Source of the DNA: Octopus vulgaris
Lineage: Eukaryota
Length of the DNA: 64,000 nucleotides
Assembly: GCA_951406725.2 (NCBI GenBank)
Contig: OX597818.1
Span: 17,484,001 to 17,548,000 of the forward strand
Reading direction: 5' to 3'
Positions within the stretch are counted from its first letter, which is position 1; every line of letters starts with the position of its first letter. The notes under the pieces were generated by a model. The model ran no database searches. It was not told where the DNA came from and worked only from the letters and a program-made list of their open reading frames with translations. Shown here piece by piece: positions 26,916-38,353 of the stretch. A program made the position numbers and the translations under genes.

Positions 26916-27532
26916 TCTGTATATATAAAACTCAACTTGTGTGCCTGTGTGTGTATCTGTGTGTGTGTCTGTGTGTTTAATTTCTCTGGCACATCTCCTC
27001 CTAGCCAACAAATCGTAGAACCACCAAAAATGGGTCACTTAAAGTTTAGGCGAATGAAAATTGGACTGCACTATTTCTGTTCCGAAATTCATCTCGCAAG
27101 TGCAAAGATCAATAATGTGTTTCTTTAGGCCTTATCCCATGCATTGAATTATGAACTTTACTCAGTCAGCTGTTTGATGTGAACTGTGTTCACCATGCGT
27201 GCAAGCATGCGTAAATTGCATGAAAAATAAAAATTCAAGATATAAAAACGAATCGCCGTAAACATTGTAGAAATTCGGCAAAGAAGTGAATTTTCGGGAT
27301 GTAGCCTGGATGGTTTTTTCGTATTAATCGTTTGGACTTTGTGAACACATACCAATTGTTTTCATAACATTTTTAACGCTTTGAATTAAATGTGACCATT
27401 TTGCGTTGAGTCTGCAGTTTGAATCACTTTAACCAAATTTTAGCAGGCCAGATTTTTGATCATCACGATACATCGCCAGCAACTCCCTGAAACTCTCCGC
27501 TGAAATCCCTGTTGAGCCGGGCAATACTGCTA

Positions 27533-27533
<1 letters not shown>
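26916..27533 (+). mobile_element. Non-autonomous Helitron
   Basis: A|TCTGTATATATAAAA 5' end followed by a (TG)n-like tract. 3' hairpin CCCTG-TTGAG-CCGGG about 10 nt before CTAG|T. A^T target with no TSD. Confidence 0.75.
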
Positions 27534-27569
<36 letters not shown>

Positions 27570-27717
27570 TATATATACTCGAAACCATGTAGCTAGGAAG
27601 CAAGCTCCCTAACCACACAGCCATGCCCGCATATATATATAAGTATATATATAAGAAAAAAGAAATGGAAATTGGGAAGTTAATAATTGTTTATTATTAA
27701 CAGCAAATTAATCATCA

Positions 27718-27804
27718 TTCCCTTACAGCTGTTTCAATTAATACTCAGTAAATATTAAGTAAATATCAAATTTATATGACCTGAGCATAATATCTTCAGG
27801 GGAA
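27718..27804 (-). ncRNA. Type I hammerhead ribozyme motif
   Basis: TTCCC-CTGAAGA-...TGCTCAG/CTGAGTA...-GAAA-CAGCTG-TA-AGGGAA. Confidence 0.6.
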
Positions 27805-29091
27805 AAAAAAATATACCCGTGGATGTTTTAAATGTATTTATGGATTCATTATAGCAGACTGAATCATATATATATAGTTCAAATTTACAGAAAAACAAAA
27901 GACAAAGACAGGTGTAGGAACAAGTGGATGTATTAGTTTAATGCTCAGAAAAGATGGAAAAGTCATTTACATTTCAAGCCTACACTCTTTGACAGAAAAG
28001 AATAAGAGAAAAAAAAATGGAAAGAGAGAAACTGTGTAGAGTTCAGTGGTACAACATGGCGATGATGACTGGAGAAAAAGAGGTTAAATGAAAGGGAGAT
28101 AATAAAAAGAGACTGAATGGAAGGGAGATAATAATGGTGATCCCAATGAACTAAGGTGCACAAGCATGTGCATGAGAATGGTGTGTGTGATTGTGTATGT
28201 GTGAAAGGGGTTGAGTGAGTCTGATGTATATGTGTGTGTATTTATGTGTGCATGCATATATATATATTTGTGTTGCATGTGTGTGTGTGTGTCTGTATCT
28301 TCTTGTCTAGATATTGTATACTGATTGTAAAGTCACTACTTGTACAAAGGCATTATTACTTGTTTATAATCTATGAAAAACCTTTTCTGGCCAAAGAAGA
28401 AATATTACCTTGCTACAAAACAAGTAATGGTTGTCAGAAGGGAGAGTATCTGCTCATAGAAAATCTGCCTCAATGAATTTTGTCTGACTCATGGAGAGGA
28501 AGGGAGAGTGTCTGGTTTAAATGCTAAAGGGTTAAAACAGTGATGATGACAACGATGACAACGATAACTGGTTGCAAGACAACTTGGGCAACACACACAC
28601 ACAAGAGGTATGTTTTTACCAAGATTTCTTTGCTCCTATTTGTAAGTGCACACTATACATGAGTGCATATTATCCTAAATATTAATATGCTAACTTCTAT
28701 TTTTTTACATGCATACCTGTAGTGTGTGTCACAAATACTTCAAAGGAAGAGGTAAAAGGTTGAAAGGAGAAGAAATACAAGGTGTTAAGCAGAAGAGGTA
28801 TAGTTGAAGTGAGTGGCAAAGTGAGAGAGAGGAGGGACAAAGAGGGAGTGAGAGAGAAAGTCAGAGACAGATTGAGTGGTGAGTGAAAGGAAGGTGGCAT
28901 GCTCACTATTTAAAGATGCTTACACTTTTTGTTTCGGTCAATTTCCCAGGGTCCTGCTTATACACAATTATTCAATAGTTATTACATAAAGTCCCTATTT
29001 GCAGACGTTTACATTTTCTATGTTTTCCATGAAGTTTTCACAGGTCCAACTAGTACATGAATAAATATGGTGTATCTTAATAAATACTTAC

Positions 29092-29238
29092 TTCAGTAAT
29101 GATGTTCTTCTCATTCTTCTGCATTGTGTAAAATCTGTTTGATAGTTCCAATAGTGTAGTTGTACCATAACTGGAACCACAAGCCACCAGATGTCCGTGT
29201 TCTTGAACCTTAAGGCAATGTATCGGTTCATCACACAC
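29092..29238 (-). CDS. DNAI2: DNAI2 exon (WD40)
   Basis: ttag|GTGTGT...ACTGAA|gtaagt. Translates VCDEPIHCLKVQEHGHLVACGSSYGTTTLLELSNRFYTMQKNEKNIITE. 147 nt. Confidence 0.95.
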
Positions 29239-30959
29239 CTAAAATCAAACAGAAGAAACAGACATGAAAAAATATGAGCAGAGAAGGGAGCTTCTATGCT
29301 AGAACTAGCAGTTAAATCTCCCTCAAATCATAGCCTACCATTTTAAATAAAGGCTATAATAGATAGCATGGGTTGGACGATTTGACTGAGGACTGGCAAA
29401 CCAGATGGCTGCACTAGGCTCCAATCTGATCTGGCAGAGTTTCTACAGCTTGATGCCCTTCCTAACGCCAACCACTCTAAGAGTGTAGTGGGTGCTTTTA
29501 CATGCCACCGGCACGAGGGCCAGTCAGGTGGTACTGGCAACAGCCACGCTCAAATGGTGTTTTTTTATGTGCCACCTGCACAGGAGCCAGTCCAGTGGCA
29601 CTGGCAATGACCTGGCACTCCGTTGTTTACAACAAGGGCTTCAGCTGATCCAATCAATGGAACAACGGACATGTGAAATTAATGTGCACTCCACAGATAC
29701 ATGTATCCTAAAAGTAGTTCTCAGGGAGATTCAGAGTGACACCGAATGCAACAAGCCTGGCCCTTTGAAATACAAGTTCTACTCATTTTTGCCAGCTGAG
29801 TGGACTGGAGGAACGTGAAATAAAGTGTCTTGCCTAAGGACACAACATGTCACAAGGAATTGAACTCATGACCTTACAATCACACCCTTACTAAGCCACA
29901 TGCCTTCACAGTAATTAATGTAGTAGAAGGTAAACTATGTCTCATCTCATCACCCTTTTTAAGCTTAGCCAGGCTCATGGGCCAGGTTTCCCAGTTTCTG
30001 TGGCGTATGTGTTCCCCCCAGCCGGACGGGATGCCAGTCCATCGCAGCGTTATTCAAGAAACAGGAAGAGAGAGTGAGAGAAAGTTGTGGCGAAAGAGTA
30101 CAACAGGGGTCGCCACCACTCCCTGCTGGAGCCTTGTGGAGCTTTTAGGTGTTTTTGCTCAATAAACACATATAACGCCTGGTCTGGGAATCGAAACTGT
30201 GATCCTCCGACCGCGAGTTTGCTGCCCTAACCACTGGGCCATTGCGCCTCCACAAACTATGTCACAGTACAAATATATTATGAAATGGTCATAGCTGGGA
30301 TGCCTTTGATCTTTGACCTACTTGATCAGTACTGAACTAGGGTTTAATGAGGACAACCTGTATGAATTTTACTGGTTTCAATCATGTTTAAGAATACAAG
30401 CCTTCTTAGATCTTTTCAAATGTGTCTCTAGGGAAGTTTTAGTGATTATTGTTATTGTATTTGTTGTTTTTCAGGTCTGGATCAGCCTTGATTCAGTAGA
30501 TCTATGATCAAATGCATTCCAAATATGACTATCTCATCTTATCTTCAGACATCATGTATCTAATGCCACATTATCCAGTGTAAACTTAGTTGAAAGAGTG
30601 TAATTTGTGGAAGAGATTTAGTTGCTATTTCTAGCAATTCATGCAACCACTCTGAAGCATCCTCATTGTCTCATCATCTATTAGTTGGCTTAAAGTGGTG
30701 AGGCAGTAAACATAGTAACCATATTCCATTCTCGAAGAATGTCTGCAGAATACCAGTAAGTTTATTTGCCATGGGGTATGGAAAATATCAAATATTTCAG
30801 GTTTTTGCCCTTCAAGACGAAAGTAGAGAAAGATGAAGATTTTTTAGGACAAGCTGGAGAAATCTTTAGCAAAATACACTCTGTTACAAGCAATATTTCA
30901 GGCTATGTCTTGGTCTAAGTATAATTTATTTCTTTTATCCTTTTCTCCCTTTCTCCTGG

Positions 30960-31290
30960 GCCAAATTCAATGCAAATATTCTACCAGTTTTTACCTTTAA
31001 AATGGCCATATACAGCCCAGATATTCTACCAGTTTTTATAATTAAACTCGCCATATCTAACCCAAAATATTCTACCAGTTTTTACATTTGAACTGGCCAT
31101 ATCCAGCCTAAATATTCCACTAGTTTTTACATTTAAACAGGCTGTATCCGGCCCAAACATTCTGCAAGTTTTAACATTTAAACTGGCCAAATCTAACCCA
31201 AATGTCATACCAGTATTTTACATTTAAACTGGCCATATCTGGCTCAAATATTCTACCAGTTTTTACATCTGAACCAGCCAGATCCAGGCT
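30960..31290 (+). repeat. Minisatellite, ~41-bp unit, about 8 copies
   Basis: Unit ~CCAAATATTCTACCAGTTTTTACATTTAAACTGGCCATATC. Confidence 0.9.
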
Positions 31291-32493
31291 AGGTGCAGCT
31301 CTTCTGTTTACCAGTTCCGGTCAAACTGTCTAACCTATGCCAGCATGGAAAACAAGTTCTAAATGATTAGGATGATGAAAACAAAAAATTTTCATTTGAG
31401 CTAGGTTATTAAGTCAGGAGTGACACTATCTCAATCAAACAGCATTTATATCAAGAAGTGCCAGAAGTGGATCAACTTAAGTGCACTAATTTCTCTCTTA
31501 TTGTTTGAGTCAGCCTACTTTATCAGTATTCCACTTCTCATTGTCTACATTCAAATTGCTATGTGACAGGCAAGCCAACATTGAAGCCTCCACTTTGTCT
31601 CTTGACCTACAAGAAATGACAGGTCAAGGGGTGTGGTAGAAGCAGTATTAAATAAAGAAGGATACATTAGACAATATAATCCGTAATATGTAAAAAAAAA
31701 AAAAGAAAGAAAGAAAGAATAAAGACAGGATGGTCATAGCTAGAATGCCTTTGACCATAGGTCTAATCTTTCAAGATTGATCTGGGGCTAAAAAGCAACA
31801 ACTATATGAAAAGTTACTTCTGGAAATCCTAACACATCATCTAATTTAACATTTTCTCTGGTCCTTGAGAGTATTTAGAAGAATTTACTTTGTTGCAGGC
31901 ACTGAGACCAGACAGCCAGGTTCCTCTTCTGCTTTTTTTTTTTTTTTTTTCTTCCCAAATTTAAATTTCATTATCTGCAGATTAATATCAACATATTCTC
32001 AGCTACCAATATGGTAGACTAGACATCCACCATATTAATTTCACCAATCTAGACAGGCTGCAAAATGTCATGAGCTCTGCCCTTCCTTCTCCAGCTAAAC
32101 TTAACATACATATTATAAACAGAATGTGTGTCTCCATCATTCAGTGAGAGGGTTCAATTGTTTGACCAACTGAATGAATGAGGAAATAGCTGAGCATTTC
32201 AGAGACAAGTATACCTCAGACATAATTCTCAGAATCAGTATGGCACAGTGTGATGAAGTTGAATCTTTTGAGCTACAGACTCCTATACAGATGCTGTCAA
32301 CCGAATTTCATGCACAAAGTAAAGGTCAATTGGAAGCTTTAGGAAATGACCTTTGCCCAAGATGCTACACACAAGAATTGAACCCAGGACACCATAGTTG
32401 TAAAATGAATTGCTGAGCTATTTTGTCCAATCTACACCTACATAAACAGAATACATTACTTTTAAAGCAAAATGAACATAAAGAACTGATGAC

Positions 32494-32629
32494 CTGAATA
32501 GTTAAAGATGGCTCATTTTGTTTATAAAGATAATCCCAGACGTCAAGTGTCCCATCCACTTTTGTGGTGAAGAATACAGCTGGTCGGACTGGACTCCAGG
32601 AACCATCACTCAAATAACAGGAATGTTGC
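32494..32629 (-). CDS. DNAI2: DNAI2 exon (WD40)
   Basis: ttcag|GCAA...ATTCAG|gtcatc. Translates (K)QHSCYLSDGSWSPVRPAVFFTTKVDGTLDVWDYLYKQNEPSLTIQ. 136 nt, phase 2 to 0. Confidence 0.95.
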
Positions 32630-33866
32630 CTGAAATAAGAAGCAATGGAGAATGACATGAAGAACAATGGAATGGTTAACTGAAATGAATCTGAAGAAAA
32701 TGATGCTATAAAAAGGTTATCTTTTTTCGGGAGTGGGGTTACCATTGCTAACATTTTAAAATGTATGAGACTTTATGCAAATATCTTCAAAACAAAACCA
32801 AGAAAAGCCACCCTTTTTAATTACAAGCAGTTAGGCTGTTCCTCTTGTACAGTTCATTTCTATGCCATTGTGTATTAATAAAATGTGCATCAGTAGGTGG
32901 TTTCTTATCATTGCAAGAATAGCTTTTGATGCATAGTGCATATTGTGCATATAGGTGCAGGAGTAAGAAGCTTGCTTCTCAATCACATTGATCCAGGTTT
33001 AGTCCCACTGTGTGGCACCTTGGTGTCTTCTACTATAGCCTCAGGCAGACCAAAGCCTTATGGTGTGTGTCTATGTTTGTCCTCCACCACTGCTAGACAA
33101 CCGGTTTCGGTGTGTTTATTTTCCTTGTAAATTAGCAGTTCAGCAAAAGAGACCAATAGAATAAGTACCAGGCTTAAGAAAATGAAAAGAGTACAAGGGT
33201 CAATTCACTGAATTGAAATTCTTTGAGATGGTACCCTGTCTTTGAGCTGATACCCTGTTCAATGACTGAAACAAGTAAAAGGATAAAAGTAAAAGAATTA
33301 CAACACATGACCATTTAAATGCTGAAAGAGTAAAATGAGCCACGTAATTTGTTTAATAATCTGGAAATGACTTGAAGACTTCACATCCACCTAATTTTTC
33401 AGTCCGCCTGGGAATGGTGGTCATAAAACTGAAAATAAGGATAGCTTAGAAGAGTGGCTGTGTGGTAAGAAGCTTGCTTCCCAACCACAAGGTTCCAGGC
33501 TCAGTCCCACTGTGTGACGCTTTGAGCAACTGTCTTCAGCTAGCCTCAGGCCGACCAATACCTTGAGGCTGTATTTGGTTAATGGAAATTAAAAGAAGCT
33601 TATTGTATGTGTATATATATGTATATGATATTTTTATATAAGCTTAAATGTTATGGTGATCACCATGCAATGACTAAGGAAAATAGTCTAATTAAAGGGC
33701 ATATAAGCCCTCAACTGAAAATAAGAAGGCTTTCCTACCCATGTGGGAGTCAAACCCACATTCCTTTGTTAATGCAACTAAGTGTGTTACCTTTACACCA
33801 GCAAATGACCCTTCCCATTTCTGTCAAATTTAAGAACTATAATAGTTCCTAATATACATATACATA

Positions 33867-33926
<60 letters not shown>

Positions 33927-34269
33927 CGTGATCATCATGACCGACCAGGCTATCAGATGTTGCTACACATCGCTGGTCACAATGCGTTTCGCATTGTTTT
34001 AACCTTTAAATGACGCCACCCCGCTGGCTAAGCGAGTAGGCTGACAGAAGAAAGAGTGAGAGAAAGTTGCGGCGAAAGAGTACAGCAGGGATTGCCACCA
34101 CCCCCTTCTGGAGCCTCGTGGAGCTTTAGGTGTTTTTGCTCAATAAACACTCACAATGCCTAGTCTAGGAATCGAAACCGTGATCCTTCATTCAACTAAA
34201 ACCCCTCAAGGTGGTGCACCAGCATGGCCACAGTTTGGTGACTGAAACAGATAAAAGATAAAAGATAAA

Positions 34270-35400
34270 GATAACTAAAGACCTCCAAACATGCCAAACA
34301 CCTACTGTTCAGTAAGTCTTTTCTCAGTAATACAATGCAGCACTTAAAAGCTGTCTGAACGGTTCTTAATCCTCTGCTTCCATCCCTCCATTTAACATAG
34401 ATCCTGTCAGTATGACTGCTGATGTAGAAGTTACCAGTCAGTCATTGTATCATGCTAGTCTTGATGTCCAAGCTGCAGTTTTCTTTATGTGTCTGGTCTA
34501 GTATCCCAAATGTTAATGTGAGTGCAGATGCTGTAAAAGCATTGTGGGGTGTGGTTCCATTCCTATGTTCTCCTAAGAATATATTGTGACCACTTCTAAT
34601 TATCTCTTGGTGCCATGAATATTACTTAAGCAAGTTTAAGTTCATCAACAAGAAAGATATGGATGAAATTAATCTTGAATTCATCTGCAGCTTCTATCAT
34701 GTAACCTTTGTATTTTCATAACAGAGCTGACAAGGGATTCACTGCTAGAACAAAAAGTATTACAGATAAATTGTTACTCTGAGATATTCCAGTTGATAGC
34801 CTAATTTTGCTAGTGACAATAGGGTAATGGCAATTCTTATCAATAGTGCTGTGAACCACATTGTTGTCAGTCTATTAATGGCATTAACTATAGTAGTAGG
34901 AAGCTTGGCAAAGCATAGTAACTCTATTATCCATGAATGAAGGACAGATACAAACAACTTTTAGCCATAAAGTGGACAGATTTCAGCAGTGTTGTTTTTT
35001 TCTTTAAGAACGGCTTTGTGTATGAGAAGTAGTTTGGTACAGCCCCAAACTGCTTTCTTTACTCCTGCCTGTTCTTCAGTCACTACATTGAGTTTCACAG
35101 TGATCCTGGAAGAATACATTCAAGCAATCTGTGTATAATTTATGCTCTACATTCAAGCACAGTATGGGAGTGTAGTTTCATGCATCTCTTCATTGTCAGC
35201 TACAATGTTGTATGTGCAATTGCTAACCAATCTTAGCATTCATTTGAACAGGTTGACAAGGGCTGCTCTGTAAAACATGAAATTCCTATACAAATAACTA
35301 AGAATCAAGGCTTACCCAGGGGATTTTCTGTTCATTAGTTTCATAACAATCAACAGGAGAGTTTTATTGTTGATGTTATAAGATAAGGGTTAGTCAATTG
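34270..35400 (-). mobile_element. Highly degenerate non-LTR RT region (R4/Dong-like)
   Basis: Minus-strand remnants such as CVEQEQAGVKKAVWGCTKLLLIHKAV, HSWIIELL and GIPCQLCY (RT domains 2-4 like), with many stops. Confidence 0.45.
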
Positions 35401-35670
35401 AGGGAGAACAGAATTCTGTTGAGCCGAAAAAACTATATAGGGATAAACTTAAGAGATTTTATAAGGGGTAACAAGGGGAAAATACGTGGCAACCATAATT
35501 AGAATTCAGAGGTGGTGTTACAAAATTATGTTGAAGAGGAGCAGAAATGGTTAAAGAAGAAGATAATAGAGAAGGGGACCTAATGGTTGTGAAACTGTAT
35601 CATGGCAGATATGTCCAGGACTGACTAACACCTGAACTACAATTAGTTAGCAATCAAGTTAAATATTTAC

Positions 35671-35714
35671 TTGGTTCTCATGATGAAAGAATCTTTGCTG
35701 TCTTCAGACCAAAT
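35671..35714 (-). CDS. DNAI2: DNAI2 short exon
   Basis: ccag|ATTTGG...ACCAA|gtaaat. Translates IWSEDSKDSFIMRT(K), comparable to vertebrate IWSEDSRESSIMWTK. 44 nt, phase 0 to 2. Confidence 0.93.
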
Positions 35715-35906
35715 CTGGAAAATACAAATAAACAAAACATTTGACATTTTAGAGCAATCATCATTATTAACCATTATCATCTTTTACTACATTATCAGCC
35801 TTTTCTACTCTCAGATTCCTTGTCGTCGTCGTCATCATCACCACCACCACCACCACCATCATCATCATCATCGTCATCATCATCATCATCATCGTCGTTA
35901 TCATCG

Positions 35907-35944
<38 letters not shown>

Positions 35945-36429
35945 GTCGTCGTCATCATCATCATCATCATCATCATCATCACTATCACTAATATTGTACA
36001 TCATCATTTTCATTGTTGTCAGCATCATCTTCATCACCACTACCACCATACTCATCCCACTTAGTATAACAACAAAAAACAAAGACCAGTTCATTCAAAA
36101 AAATTGAAAGGAAAAAGCACATAACATGAAAAAAATAAATAAATAGACTATTGTAAATGGCTTGGCACAGAATCTCTTTTATTGTTTATCTTGTTTCAAT
36201 CATTAGACTGCGGCCAAGCTGGGGCACTACCTGGAAGAATTTTGTCAAATGAATCGACTCCAGTACTTATTTTTTTTTAAGCCTGTTACTTATTCTATCA
36301 ATATCTTTTGTTGAACCACTGAGTTACATGGATGTAAATACATCAGCATTGGTTGTCAAGCAATGGGGGGGGGAGGACAAACACAGACATAAAGATACAC
36401 ACATTCACATACATTCATACATACACACA

Positions 36430-36469
<40 letters not shown>

Positions 36470-37286
36470 AATGAGATAGGGGTTGAAAATTCAACCCACC
36501 ATGGGATAATATATATCCAATATACTGCTAGATAGGTACCCAACAAAAATAATACATAGATGTTAAAAATTGTCAAGCAATCAGTTCATCTATTGTATTA
36601 AATGGGTAAAGGTAATAATATTACCGTAAATTAATACTACAAAATTAGAGAATGGAGAAACATACTTAAATCAGTAAAACATCAACTATCCGATGATACT
36701 CAATCCATACTTTAATACACCATTACATATGAGTAAAGGCAATATATAAAATGAAATGAGATATACAGTAATAGTAAAAGTAAAAAGATAAAGAGATATA
36801 AGTAAAAAAATTTTCAAATATAATATGCAAATAAATCAAAACTGACAGCTGTTTCGGCAGTGAGGACAGTCATACCTCATTTAACCTATAAGCCATAAAG
36901 GCAGGTATAAATGAGGCATTAACAGGATGCCCACGGCCTCTTCAGAGAATTAAATTAAATTTGTTATAATAGTGAAAAATATTATATAATCATATACATA
37001 TAAATATAAAAATATAAAAATGTAAAATATAAAAACTTATATATCATAATGCTACACTTATATAATATAATACACATTTGTACAAAAAGGAAGGTAAACA
37101 GAACAATATAAAACAAAATATATAACAGTGTATATATTAATATTAATAAGTACCGATATTATACATATTTGGCTAATAGTTTTTTTATAAAAAAAATTGC
37201 TAACACATATGGAGATGAAAAATAATAATTAAATCCGTGGTACAGTTCATAAAATTCTAAAGCTATAAAAGTTAATAAAAATTACT

Positions 37287-37319
<33 letters not shown>

Positions 37320-37401
37320 CAGACCAAATCTGGAAAATACAAATAAACAAAACAGTTTTGAGTCGGACTTTTTACTTATCTAGCAATATCATTATTATTA
37401 C

Positions 37402-37447
<46 letters not shown>

Positions 37448-37547
37448 AGTAATTTTATTAACTCGTCATATCACCATTTTATGAACCACCACGGATTTAT
37501 CATCATCATCATTGTCATCATCATCATCATCATCGTCGTTATCATCG

Positions 37548-37588
<41 letters not shown>

Positions 37589-37592
37589 GTCG

Positions 37593-37640
<48 letters not shown>

Positions 37641-38108
37641 CTATCACTAATATTGTACATCATCATTTTCATTGTTTAGCCTTCTTTTTACATCACCACT
37701 ACCACCATACTATCCCATTATAGTATAACAATATATAAAAACAAAGATATTTTCATTTATATTTTTATATTTATTGTAAAGGAAAAAGCACATAACATAT
37801 TATAACAAATTTAAATAAATAGACTATTGTAAATGGCTTGGCACAGAATGCCTCTTTTATTGTTTATCTTGTTTCAATCATATGACTGCGGCCAAGCTGG
37901 GGCACTACCTGGAAGAATTTTGTCAAATGAATCGACTCCAGTACTTCTTTTTTTTTAAGCCTGTATACTTATTTATCAATATCTTTTGTTGAACCACTGA
38001 GTTACATGGATGTAAATACATCAGCATTGGTTGTCAAGCAATGGGGGGGGAGGACAAACACAGACATAAAGATACACACATTCACATACATTCATACATA
38101 CACACACA

Positions 38109-38148
<40 letters not shown>
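35704..38148. repeat. Local direct duplication (35704-36463 and 37319-38148) flanking an AT-rich Penelope-derived insert
   Basis: Both copies run TCAGACCAAATCTGGAAAATACAAATAAACAAAACA ... (CAT)n ... SINE ... CACACATGC(AT)n. Confidence 0.92.
36842..36947 (-). ncRNA. Type I hammerhead ribozyme motif with long stem II
   Basis: CT-CTGAAGA-GGC...(ATGCCTCATTTA/TAAATGAGGTAT)...GCC-GAAA-CAGCTG-TC-AG. Confidence 0.7.
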
Positions 38149-38152
<4 letters not shown>

Positions 38153-38312
38153 GATGTTATGTTGCCAACTTAATATGGCAGTCCCATAAAAGGTAAGAAT
38201 GCACTGCTATTTAGACCTAGGAAACACCGTTTCCAGTTGGCCTTGACATATTTTCTGTGTCCTTATGTTTTCAAAGAGGGAGATAAACACCTCCACGCAG
38301 CAAAACCAACAC

Positions 38313-38353
38313 CCAGAGACTAGTTTCAGAGTCATTGCTCATCATCAGTCTGG
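38313..38353 (-). ncRNA. Minimal type I hammerhead ribozyme motif (Penelope-type)
   Basis: CCAGA-CTGATGA-T-GAG-caatga-CTC-T-GAAA-CTAG-TC-TCTGG: 5-bp stem I, canonical core, palindromic stem III, GUC site. Confidence 0.75.

Noticed and set aside
30960-31290. Regularly spaced repeats resembling a CRISPR array
   Set aside because: These are tandem degenerate units with no unique spacers, in a eukaryotic context with no cas genes.
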